DNA from: Octopus sinensis
Lineage: Eukaryota
DNA: 64,000 nt
Assembly: GCF_006345805.1 (NCBI RefSeq)
Contig: NC_043003.1
Location: 39,680,001-39,744,000 of the forward strand
Direction: 5' to 3'
The first letter of the stretch is position 1, and each line of letters begins with the position of its first letter. Below the pieces are notes generated by a model. It saw only the letters and a program-made list of their open reading frames with translations, was not told where the DNA came from and ran no database searches. The position numbers and the translations under genes are program-made. Of this stretch, positions 51,837-64,000 are shown in pieces.

Positions 51837-54152
51837 AATAATGAAAGAGTGTGAGGATATGAGTTTAAGAATGAGGAAGAGAATTGACAACGTTAAATAT
51901 ACAACATCTAACTGCAAGACAAAAACATTTCCAGTCATTAGAAACTCTTTGACTTGGAAATACTGAAGGGAAGGCGAAAATCATCGAAAGAAATCTACAT
52001 TCGAGGTGAATTGCAGAAAAAGAAGAAAAGAAAAGTTGCATAACAACGAGAAACAAGAAGAAACGGAAGCACGACCCGAATAAGAAAAACTGAAAGAAAT
52101 CAAAATAAAAAAAAAAAAAACAAGAAGAAAATGGAGCAAGGTTTGAAGCAAAAGCATTAAGGATTTCTGAAAGAAGAGAAAATGATAGAGTGATTGAGAA
52201 TGTGGTGACAAATGTGGCGACAGACGACAGGATAATATATAGTAAGAAAGTATCTGGTGACAAACTACTGCGGAGAATTTAGTAACAAAGAAAATTGAAA
52301 GAGATTAGGAACATATTTGGTGACAGACGACAGCATAAAATGCAGTAGGAAAGTATTTGATGACAGATGAGTAAAGACGATACAGCACGGGGGAAAGAGT
52401 ACAAGAATGTATGGTATTCAATAACTTAAGAACATAGCATGAGAGAGAGAGAGAGAGAGACCAAGCATTATTGTGACAGATGACCAGGAAACGTAATATT
52501 TTCAGTCATGTATTGGTAATCTTTCTATATCTCCATACAATTTCTCTAAAAGTCGTTTGTATAATTTATTTCGTACTCAAATATACCCGATCATTTCTTT
52601 TTTACCGGAACTACGCTATTTTTTTAATACATTTCATAACTTTGTTGTTTAGGCACAAGTCTATACTGATTGAGTAGACCTGTGATCAAAAGCCTCCCAA
52701 CCAAAATAATCTCATCTTTTTACAAGAATTCCAAGTTGTACATTATCCATTATGTGCCCTTCATGTTCTTAAGACAGCGAAGGGTGATTTGTGAGAGATT
52801 TTACTATTTTTAGCAGTTTGAGCGATCACTTAGATTCCTTTGTGTCATGAATTTTTTTCCATGCAGAACTGTTGGTTTGTTATTCTCGTCATTGTCGTCA
52901 TCGTTTCAATGTTCACGTTGCCCTGTTGATATGGGTTAGACAGAATTTTTTCAATGTTTCACCAAGGCTTTCCGATCTTTTCTGTTTGGCTTCCACTTTT
53001 CTATTTCTTCAATTTTTGCTCAAATTGATTTCATATTTGGTATATTGGTGTAGTTTTGTATAGTAATCATTGACGTGAGATTCATTTTCGCCATAAATCA
53101 ATAAATAAAGAGCTAATATCTCTTAAAGTTTGCAAATTTTGGGTAATTTTAACCAATCAAAAGCCATAGACATATAGGTGCATGTTTCCATAGTAACAAG
53201 CCAAGCATTTTCGCTTATTGAATGCTTAAAACACTCGAGGTATGACGTGGTCGTGAGATGTACTAAAAATGATAACTAAAGAGGCCTTAAATCACGCACC
53301 AGTTTTTGTTTTCATAATCGAATGAATTTCTGTGTGTAGAATACAAATTCGCAAAAATCATCTGAAAAGTCCAAAATGTACAAAAAGTTACGAGGGCTTA
53401 TGTTGTGTGCATAAAGCAGAATTCCGACAATATTTCATTTGTTTACAGTTGACAACTCGAGCAGTCACGCACAAAATGACAGTTTCCAAATCCTGCTTTC
53501 TGACTGTATAAAAATTATCAAACTTTAAACCTCTGTAACTTGAGAAAAAAAATCTGGAAAAAGTGAATTAGCTCCCGAGATTCAGCGTGAAAAATTACAT
53601 CCATACACCAAATTTTTAAATTTTCAGTAAACTTTAAAATTTCCACAGGTGCTGCCAAACAGAAGACATTCAAGCTTTCCTCTCTTTTTTACGCATCATA
53701 ATGCACTTTTTAAGCTAGTTCTTAAAACAGCTAACCAAAGAGAATTCCCTTAATTGGAACGAAGCAAGATTATGGAAAAGTCACATGGTTTGAACCTTTC
53801 CACAATCAAAGAAAAGGAATGTTGTCCTTTGGTTAAGCAAATCCGACGAGAATGGGATTGCGGTATTTTCAATTGCTCCATGTGAATAACAAGCCTTCCA
53901 ACAGCAATCTAGATACACATCTGAAATAATATGATTAGTAGTGATGGCCGTATTACCTTTGATCGTAGGTTTGCGGGATCAGGGCGTGGCTATGTGGTGA
54001 GAAGTTTGCTTCTGAAACACATGGTCCCAGGTTCAGTCCTACTGCACAGCTATTTGGGCAAGTATTTCCTACTAAAGCCTCGAGCCAATCAAAGCCTTGT
54101 GAATGGAATAGGTGGACGGAAACTGAAAGAAGCCCGCATATATATATATATA

Positions 54153-54185
<33 letters not shown>

Positions 54186-54529
54186 ATGTGTGTGTGTGTG
54201 TGTCTACCATTACTTAATGTTGGTGTGTTTACGTGTCTATAACTTAGTGGTCGGCGAAAGATATCGATAAAATAACTACCAGGCTTTGAAAGAAAGTTAA
54301 GCACTGGAGGTCGATTCGTTCGACTAAGAATTCTTCAAGGCGGTACCCCAGCATGGCCGCTGTCCAATGACTGAAACGAGTAAAATATAAAAGACAGACA
54401 ATACATAAGATTACGTCATAACCAACAAGTAAACATTTTAACGAATTATTTTACCCCAACCTGCTTCTTTCTCTGTCCCTCTCTGTCTGTCTGTTTGTCT
54501 CTCTCTCTCTCTCTCCCTTTCTTTTTTAT

Positions 54530-55295
54530 TCTTATTTCTTTACTGCCCTCAAGGGGCTAAACACAGAGGGGGCAAACAATGACAGACAAACGAATCAAGT
54601 CGATTATATCGACCCCAGTGCGCAACTGGTATTTAATTTATCGACCCTGAAAGGATGAAAGGCAAAGTCGACCTCCATATATATTGTTGTTGGCATCTTT
54701 TTTTTCTCGGGAGACAATGGAGTAGCGCATAAAATAATCTAGTCCAGCTTTTACATTTCATGTCCTAATACATCTCCTGCTGTGGCTGTGTAGTCCTATC
54801 CTGGACAAACACTCCCTCTGGCAGGTGCCGCAAATGTAGCGAAGATTTTGCTGGCTGGTTGTAATGTCATAGTTTCTTGTTGATGTCTTTTCTTGTCTTT
54901 CCATTTCTCCTCTCTCTCTCTCTATGTCACTCCTTTGTGTTCCCGCTTTTACGGCACGTCGCCAATCTCCACGGTTGCTGGCAACTGCTTCCCAGTTGGT
55001 AATATTGATGTTGCAGGCATTCATGTCCCTTGAACTCAGAACGTAACGTCAGACAAAATACCTATTTCTTTATTACCCACAAGGGGCTAAACACAGAGGG
55101 GACAAACAAGGACAGACATAGGTATTAAGTCGATTACATCAACCCCAGTGCGTAACTGGTACTTTATTTATCGACCCCGTGAGGATGAAAGGCAATGTCG
55201 AACTCGGCGGCATTTGAACTCAGAACGTAACAGCAGACGAAATACGGCTACGCATTTCGCCCGGCGTGCTAACCATTCTGCCAGCTCGCCGCCTT
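54530..55295 (-). mobile_element. Compound SINE (A plus A) with a nested 350-bp RTE 3' end (54677-55030)
   Basis: Junction 55062/55063; the insert is near-identical to 58501-58857. Confidence 0.85.
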
Positions 55296-55794
55296 TCTTC
55301 TTTATTCTGCTTGCATTCATCCTTTACTCAACGTCCCCTTTTTTTTTTTAAGATATCGCCTACTTATTTAACCTGCTCCTTTCTTCTTGCCGCTTTCAAG
55401 GAATCTCTGTTACGAATTAAGATTAATGTGATGTTTTATTTTTATTTATTTATTTATCTATTTAATTATGAAATTATTTGTATGTCTATTCTTGTCATGT
55501 GAAATATCAATTAAATGGAGAATTACAAAACACACCCAATCAACGACTTAAACTCTCTTGTCTTCTGAGGCGAAGGGTATCAATCTTGGTTCTCTTTCTT
55601 TTCTTTTCTTCTCTTGTCCGACTTATGAAAACTCAGACGTGTGTGTGTGTGTGGTGTGTGCGTGCGGCGGGGGGGGGACTTACCAACAGTTTTTGACATG
55701 TATACTGTTGAAATGTAGGTAATTAGCTTGATTTAATGCGTTTGAGATAAGCTCCAGAACGCAGTCCTTATCTACAACCACTTGCAATATATAT

Positions 55795-56140
<346 letters not shown>

Positions 56141-56143
<3 letters not shown>

Positions 56144-56504
56144 AAAATTTAGAAGACTGACCACTAAAAGTGGACAGCCTTTATGCTAGATATAAACGTC
56201 AACTCTCCATTTTCCACAAAGAATGTGTTCTCAAGAAATTGTGTTTTGCAAACGACAAACTATGCTGATGATCTTGCAGATGTTTGCGTAACCATATACG
56301 TAAATATTAACAAGTGAAACTAATTAGTACATAGGTAATCGTTTTTTTATTTCGTATATTTTTATTTGTCTTGCTTATTTTTACACTTTAGTTCTTTGCT
56401 GAGTTTTTTTCTTGAGAACACATTCTTCTTGGAAAATGGCGAGTTGACGTCTATATTTAACATAAAGGCTGTCCACTTTTAGTGTCAGTCTTCTAAATTT
56501 TGTA
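56141..56504. mobile_element. TA-flanked MITE with ~100-bp TIRs
   Basis: tacaaaatttagaagactgac ... gtcagtcttctaaattttgta. Confidence 0.85.
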
Positions 56505-56590
56505 TGCGAAAAAATTCTTAATCTTCGGATTTTTTAAAAATATACTAGGCCACTGGTTTTAATCGATTACCCTTATTTAATTTATACATA

Positions 56591-56691
<101 letters not shown>

Positions 56692-56722
56692 TAACATATA
56701 TATATATATAATATACATATAC

Positions 56723-56774
<52 letters not shown>

Positions 56775-56805
56775 ATATATATATATATAGATATATATAT
56801 ATATT

Positions 56806-57900
56806 CTAGCAGGGTTACCCGGCGTTGCCCGAGTTACATACAATTGAAGAATTAGACTTTTCTGTTATATTTTCTGTAATGAACTGGAATACCTATGTTT
56901 CGAATTTCATCAAAATTGCAGATGAGGGTTATTTCCCTCTTTACACACCTAAACAAAATTGTAATCGTGCCACATGTATCCCATACTACTGATTTTTATG
57001 CGCAGATTCCAAAATTCTAGTCTTATAAAACCTGTTAAAAGTATTTTGCTCCTGAAAAATGAAGGTCATGGAGCTCTAAAATGTGAGAGTTAACGTCCCT
57101 ATTGGAGGTGGGCATCTTAATGTCAACCAGAGAATTTTAATTATTGAGAATCTTTTTAACTTGGGTCTTACATCTATTGTTTGTATTTCTTTGAAATAGG
57201 AAATATATGTTCACTAGGTTTGTAAAAGAGAGCAAAGCTACAGGAAACCAAAAGACGAATGATCACAATAAGCAGTCAGTTACCCTACCCTAGTCGTTAC
57301 CACTCCCAATGTAGGATTCCTCACCGTCCAGGTAACAGGCACCGCCGTAAGATGCATTACGAATCTATAGCAATTGGAAGGGCGTGACCCAACTGAAATA
57401 AACATTAACATCTGTGTGACGTGAGGGCTAAGGAGAAATGAAAGTGTCACCTCTGGAGTTTGCAAATGACCACTATACTGATACGTAACTGGACAGAATA
57501 AATTTACAATCTATAAATGTCTCTGAATAACCAGTCACTCACCTGAGAAGGCCTTAAATCAGTGCTACCATCTGGGGACTATGTGCGAACGAGTGATCAT
57601 AAAAAGACTGAAAGGAGGTCTGCAATCAAATAACTTTACTCAACACTTTGCAACTGAATCAGTGGAGGCAAAGATGCCTCTCATTTACTTGACAATTTAT
57701 GCAGCACATTGCAGAAATCACAATGTAAGTGTATGTCAAAGCAAACTCTTACACTGTTGTACCATTGAATTACAAATAATGGTCGACTTTTATGCTCGGG
57801 TAACCCTACAGCTTCTAAGAGCACAAGTGTATTCGTTTTTGCTTAGATAAAATGACAAAATTGTGGGTGTTAAGTCCCCATGGAGGGGTCTTTCTAACTT
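56806..57900. mobile_element. Helitron-family element with possible Pif1-helicase relic
   Basis: ctagcagggttacccggcgttgcccgag terminus; inverted partner gggtaaccctacag at 57798-57811; W.GVTQLK..N....G.ES...EFA-like remnant at 57375-57490 on plus. Confidence 0.45.
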
Positions 57901-58122
57901 GTAAGAAGATGAAATTTTATAAATATTACTTCATTTGTGTCTAATATCTATGGTTAAAATTTCATCAACAGCAAAGCTATATGAATTGCCATGGGGGTTA
58001 TGGCCCTTATGCATGGAATATAATTTCCAAATTTCATAAAAATCCATTCAATACTTTTGACCTAGCTTTGGATTATAAAAGAAATTACTAAAATTTGGGA
58101 GTTAAGGCTCCCATTAGTCTTT

Positions 58123-58200
<78 letters not shown>

Positions 58201-58500
58201 GATAGATAGACAGATAGATATAGATATATATATACACACACACACACGTACAAAGATAAATTGATAGATACAACTGATTGTGCAAACAAAAATATGAGAC
58301 AGCCTAGTGCTTTTTTGTTGATAAGCCTGGTACTTATTCTATTAGTTTGTTCTTGTGAAACCAGTAAGTTGTGTGGATGTAAACAGCAGTTGCGAAGCAG
58401 TGATGAGGGCGAAACACAGAGACAAAGACACACACATACACTTACATATATACATACATATATACACGACTGATTTGTTCCAGTTCCTGTCTACGAAATC

Positions 58501-60890
58501 CATATATATTGTTGTTGGCATCCTTTTTGTCTCGGGAGACAATGGAGTAGCGCATAAAATAATCTAGTCCAGCTTTTACATTTCATGTCCTAATACATCT
58601 CCTGCTGTGGCTGTGTAGTCCTATCCTGGACAAACACTCCCTCTGGCAGGTGCCGCAAATGTAGCGAAGATTTTGCTGGCTGGTTGTAATGTCATAGTTT
58701 CTTGTTGATGTCTTTTCTTGTCTTTCCATTTGTCCTCTCTCTCTCTCTCTATGTCACTCCTTTGTGTTCCCTCTTTTACGGCACGTCGCCAATCTCCACG
58801 GTTGCTGGCAACTGCTTCCCAGTTGGTAATATTGATGTTGCAGGCATTCATGTCCCTTTTGCAAACATCCTTGTATCGTAATAACAGTCTTCCCGCAGAC
58901 CTAGTGCCCCTAGCAAGCTCTCCGTAGAGTATGTCCTTGGGGATTCTGCCATCTTCCATACGGCTAATATGTCCAAGCCATGTCATACGTCTTTGTGTGA
59001 GGAGTGCAAACATACTTGGTATTCCTGCTTGCTTGAGGACATCTTTGTTGGGGACATGATTCTGCCATTTGATGCGAAGGATTTTCCGGAGGCAGCGCAG
59101 GTGAAAGATATTTTAGGCGACGCTCTTGGCATGTGTATGGCGTCGAAGTCTCACTTCCATACAGTAGAGTGCTAAGTACACATGCCTAGTAAATCTTCAT
59201 TTTTGTAGTCATGGTCAGCTTATTGTTGTCCCATACCCATTTGGAGAGTTGGGCCATCACAGCAGCTGCCTTGCCAATGTGTATATTGAGCTCAGCATCA
59301 AGGGATAGGTTGTAGGTGACGGTAGAGCCAAGATAAGTAAACTTCTCCACCTCCTGTAGTCTGTGGTCTCCAATATGTATATTTGGGATGTCTGATGTAG
59401 CCCGACCCATGATGTTGGTCTTCTTGAGGCTGATACCTGAGCCCAAGTCGCTACATACTTGCTCAAAATAGTTGATGAGCCTTTGTAGGGCTTCTTCTGT
59501 GTGTGATACCAGAGCGGCATCATCAGCAAATAGCATCTCCTTGATCAGGACGCTTCTGATTTTGGTCTTGGCACGCAGACGCGAGAGATTGAACAGTTTC
59601 CCGTCACTTATACTGTGCAGAAACACTCCATCATCTGATATCTCAAAGGCATGTGACAGCAGCAGCGAGAAGACGATGCCAAATAATGTAGGAGCAAGGA
59701 CACAATCTTGCTTTACCCCGTTTTTTATTTGGAAAGCGGCTGATGTTGAACCATTGTGCTGTATGCTGCCTTGCATATCATCATGGAAAGATTTGATGAT
59801 CCTCAGCAGCTTTGGTGGACATCCGATATTTTGGAGCAGGATGAAAAGGCCTTTTCTACTTACCAAGTCAAAGGCCTTTGTCCTATCAATGAAGGCCATA
59901 TATAATGGCATTTCCTGCTCTCTGGACTTATCCTGAAGTTGGCGTATGGAGAATATCATGTCAACAGTTGATCTGCTTCTTCTAAAGCCACACTGCGATT
60001 CTGGATAAATTCGAGAAGCAAGCAGTTGTAGCCTCGACAGGATAACGCGAGCGAAGGTCTTTCCAACAGTGCTTAGAAGAGATATTCCGCGGTATTTATT
60101 ACAATCACTACGGTTACCTTTGTTTTTGTAAAGCGTAATGATGTTAGCATTCCGCATATCCTGAGGGACTGTACCCTCTTCCCAGCACTGACACAGAAGC
60201 TCATGAACGTGCCGAAGAAGGATGGATTTTTTGTGCCAGTTTTGATGATCTAAGGGGATGCCGTCTTTTCTCGGATCCTTGTTACTTGCTAGGGAGTCAA
60301 TAGCCTTGGTGAGCTCGGCTATAGTTGGCAGACTGTCAAGTTCGCACATGACTGGCAAGATCTTGACACCCTCGATTGCAGCCTCAGCTACCGTGGTCTC
60401 CCGTGAGTAGAGATCCTGGTAGTACTCCACCCATCTATCCATTTGCTTGCTTTGGTCCTTGATGAGATCTCCAGTAGTGGATTTCAGACGGACTGACTTG
60501 GTTGCGGATGGGCCGAGAGCCTTCTTCAAACCGGCATACATCCCATGGGTGTCGCCACTGTCAGCAGCTGACTGGATACTCTGACAGATTTCCTGCCAAT
60601 ACCTATTTGCACAGTGTCTGACAGTCAGTTGGGTTTTATTTCTTGCGTTTCTGAGTTCTTCGAGTGACTTTGTAGAAGAATCACTCTTTTATTGCATCAG
60701 AGCTGCACGTTTTGCTTCAATAACTGTTTCCAGCACTGAACCAATCTGGGTTTTGCCTTTCTCTCATGCCGAAAGTATCTATTGATGTGGTATACAAAGC
60801 TTCCCTGATATAATTCCACCTACTTTCAGCAGATGAGGTTGGGTAGCTACTGAGGGCAACCTTGATAGAAACAGCAAAACATTTTCGCAG
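58501..60890 (-). mobile_element. Young 5'-truncated RTE (BovB-like) LINE
   Basis: RT ORF plus frameshifted C-terminus ending in the C2H2 motif CGTCQRECLSRIGLHSHSRRC; no endonuclease domain retained. Confidence 0.95.
59186..60541 (-). CDS. RTE reverse transcriptase domain (451-aa ORF)
   Basis: YRGISLLS, PESQCGFR, AFID.TKAFD.V, GVKQ.CVLAPTLF, LFADDAAL, FTYLGS. Confidence 0.92.
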   Translation of the reverse strand: MYAGLKKALGPSATKSVRLKSTTGDLIKDQSKQMDRWVEYYQDLYSRETTVAEAAIEGVKILPVMCELDSLPTIAELTKAIDSLASNKDPRKDGIPLDHQNWHKKSILLRHVHELLCQCWEEGTVPQDMRNANIITLYKNKGNRSDCNKYRGISLLSTVGKTFARVILSRLQLLASRIYPESQCGFRRSRSTVDMIFSIRQLQDKSREQEMPLYMAFIDRTKAFDLVSRKGLFILLQNIGCPPKLLRIIKSFHDDMQGSIQHNGSTSAAFQIKNGVKQDCVLAPTLFGIVFSLLLSHAFEISDDGVFLHSISDGKLFNLSRLRAKTKIRSVLIKEMLFADDAALVSHTEEALQRLINYFEQVCSDLGSGISLKKTNIMGRATSDIPNIHIGDHRLQEVEKFTYLGSTVTYNLSLDAELNIHIGKAAAVMAQLSKWVWDNNKLTMTTKMKIY

Positions 60891-62733
60891 TGTAGGTTCC
60901 GAGGTTCTGACAGAAACGTTAGCACGGAGCTGGTAGAAACGTTAAGCACGCCAGGCGACTACGCAGCCTACCGGCAAAAAAGAAGGGTACATGTATTGAG
61001 TATGTGTGACCGATAATGTTTGCGACACTAGCGTTGCTCTTAATTCATATTTGAACAGTATATTAGGATCTTTTCGGTTTGACCGGCAGTTTTTTAAAAT
61101 AATTTCCACGTAACTAAACACTTTTAAACTTAGTATACTGGTAGAATGTGTTTATAAAACATCTTTTTCTCTTGGCTTTATTGAGAAAATTTTATAGTTT
61201 GTAAGATATTTGTTGTTTTTCTTCTTCAATTTCTGCAATTTCAACCAATCAATGACGTCGGATCTTTTCTTTTTGAACGGCACTTTTCAACACAATTTCT
61301 TGTTAACTAAACACTTTTAAACTTCGTATACTGGTAGAATGTGTTTATAAAACATCATTTTTTCTTGGCTTTATTGAGAAAATTCTATATGTTGTAACAT
61401 ATTTCGTCTTTAATTTCGAGCATTTCGGCAATTTTAATCAATCGCTGACCTCCATTTAGGTAAATAACATTCTGTACATAATGAATATGTCCCTCCTTTA
61501 AGAAACAAATTGGATTTATTTACATTTGTGAAGAACAAAGATACCCTTCCCCCACCCCTAACCCTAACCCTAACCCTAACTAACCCTAACTCTAACCCTA
61601 AATCTAAAATAGATTGAAATGCAATAGATCGATACTAGGGTCATAATTATGGGTGACAATTTCATATGACACCGCTAGAAAAAACTGCCGGTCAAACCGA
61701 AAAGATCCGTGTATTGTGATAAAGAGTTCAATGACACGAAATTAACAAAAATGCAACTATTCACAAAATGCAACTATTCACATTTTCTCCCCCCCATCCC
61801 CCCATCCCCCCCCACTTGAAAATGACAAACACGTGATATGAATTGGTTAAGAAGTATCTTACGTTCTCTACGTCACTTCCAGCAATGTTAGCAACTGTTG
61901 CTATTAGATACGACGGCTGACAAACTGTTTATTTATTGAAATGTTATAACCATCGTCGATATCAAGTCAGATGGCTTTAAACTTGTAGTAACAGCATACT
62001 TAAAAGCGAAGTGTTCTGAGTATTGGAAGTTGTCTGAGCAAGTTTCCAAAGTCATTTCCTCTTCTTTGGTCTGATTACATCGCTACTTTTTTTTCCCCTC
62101 TCTTGCTCTTTTCAATGTCTACTTTCTCATTCACTTCTCTCCCTCTCTCGCTGACTCCGTGTGTCTGTGTGTGTGCGCTCGCGCGTGTATTTTTACCCGT
62201 CATATATCCTGATCCTTCGTTTTTTTTAAGTCTCCTCTCTCGTTTTGTCTCTATCTAGCTGTTCCTCTTGCCATTTCATACACACACACACACACACACA
62301 GTTACAATGCACACATACACAGTTACAATGCACACATACACATTCACTCTTCCCCCAGCTCCCTCGCTCTTTCTACTTCTTTACTATCATACATATCCTA
62401 ATTCCTTTTCTGTCTTATATAAAACCCCTAGCCATGGCGAAATTTGTCTCTCCTTCTCTCTCACTTGTTCCCTCTTTCTCATTTTCTTTCTCTCTCGAAC
62501 ACGCGCACACTCACTCACACATATACACACGCACGCACACATACTTACACACACTCTCCATTTGTCTAACATTCACTCTGTTACTCTTCGTCTGTTTCTA
62601 CTATCCCTTCATCGTCTGCTCATTGAAAAAAAAAAACTTTCTCTTTCTCTCCCACTCTTAGCCTTCTCTAACCTTTGTCAGTCCATCAACATCGGATCTC
62701 CTCTGAGTTTTCTCTACCCTGAACATGTACGCG

Positions 62734-62768
<35 letters not shown>

Positions 62769-63442
62769 TTCTACCTCATTTGTTAGCACTGTGCTTTTAC
62801 TTTATCTCACTTTCGGATCTTTTCGGTTTGACCGGCAGTTTTTTCTAGCGGTGTCATGAAATTGTCACCCATAATTATGACCCTAGTATCGATCTATTGC
62901 ATTTCAATCTGTTTTAGGGTTAGGGTTAGAGTTAGGGTTAGTTAGGGTTAGGGGTGGAGGGAAGGGTAACTTTTTTCTTCAGAAATGTAAATAGACCCAA
63001 TCTGTTTCTTAAACGAGGGACATACATATATAGACGTCATTGATTGGTTGAAATTGCAGAAATTGAAAAAAAAACAACAACAAATATCTCACAAGCTATA
63101 GAATTTTCTCAATGAAGCCAAGAGAAAAAGATGTAATATAAACACATACGAAGTTTTAAAGTGTTTAGTTACGTGGAAATTATTTTAAAAAACTGCCGGT
63201 CAAACCGAAAAGATCCTGACTTTCTTCTTAATGTTGTTTCTCCTGCTGTATTTTCTTTGCCCTCCTCGAGACACTCTGTCTCACTTTATCAGCTGGTCTC
63301 TTATTCAGAATCCTTTTTAGTGGGTTTCGTTATTAAAAAATCGTCGTTGTTAGTTCACAATCTTAGGTAGGCTGCGTGTGAAGGTATGAACGACCATACT
63401 TATATCTATGTTTCCATATATTTTTTTTTTACCTGACACATT

Positions 63443-64000
63443 TGTGGTAAAAGGAAGACCGGAAGGGGTGGGGAGAGATGACGTCACGTCGGCGAGTGAG
63501 AAGAAACGTTTCCCTCTTTTTCATGCCGTCAGCGATTGAGAGAAGGCGTGGCGAAGAGAGGTCGTGACAACACGTCTTAACAATTGAACAATCTGTCGGC
63601 GGTACCCGATTGCATGTCGAGGTATGACTGACTTTATCTACGTACCTCCAAACCAAAAGCTGTTTCGGCACGTTGTTACCAGCTGTGTGGATAGATACGT
63701 CCGAGAAGTGGATTTTTATATTTTTATATTGCTTTTGTTCTTCCACTTTTCTTTTTCCAATGGCCACATAAATCAGAGTCGGTAGTGATGTGATGAAACT
63801 GTTCACTAAGAAAGGCGATGTGGTGGCCTGGATAAAGATGTGACTGGTGGCGAAGCTGCAGGGAATAGATGTGGCTAGACTTATGCCGTTGTACTTAGGA
63901 AGCAGTGCGCTGAATCTTTACCTGGAGATGGATGAGGCGGACCAAGAGAAAACGGGAAAAATTGAAGAGCGGCTGAAAGACGCGAACACGGATGGGACTT
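63443..64000 (+). mobile_element. LTR retrotransposon 5' end: candidate LTR plus gag N-terminus (truncated by window)
   Basis: MKLFTKKGDVVAWIKM*LVAKLQGIDVARLMPLYLGSSALNLYLEMDEADQ from 63793, one in-frame stop; TG-start GC-rich segment upstream. Confidence 0.6.

Noticed and set aside
51860-52460. Purine-rich region with repeated tggtgacagacgacag
   Set aside because: Low complexity, no coherent ORF or family assignment.
59472-59936. 154-aa plus-strand ORF (also 43911-44505, 33667-33924)
   Set aside because: Antisense shadows of RT or transposase frames.
61555-61600. (CCCTAA)n as a true telomere or fusion site
   Set aside because: Short, and internal to a TSD-flanked MITE in three copies.

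Overview
AT-rich animal genomic DNA saturated with microsatellites and transposable elements. The SINE families, (TA/TG/TAGA/CATA)n load and TE repertoire suggest an octopod cephalopod (inference from recall, no search run). There is no intact long host ORF; nearly all listed ORFs are TE fragments or microsatellite artefacts. Recognisable content: three to four tRNA-SINE families, RTE LINEs (one young, 5'-truncated, 451-aa RT ORF), Tx1/L1 elements, a CR1-group RT relic, Penelope-like elements with hammerhead-ribozyme motifs, RLE-type retrotransposon ends, mariner/Tc1/Tigger DNA transposons, an 8-bp-TSD MITE carrying (TTAGGG)n, Helitron-like pieces and an LTR gag at the right edge. The most interesting system-level signals: (1) two tandem ORF1-only (HAL1-like) Tx1 elements whose 3' tail is shared with an ORF2 relic and with a SINE subfamily that joins copies of its own family at the same junction three times; (2) Penelope-derived hammerhead units, one fused to a tRNA-like Pol III head; (3) RLE retroelement ends embedded in (TACA)n; (4) a CpG-decay domain (about 13.3-37.2 kb) that likely marks a hidden methylated host gene with tiny exons.
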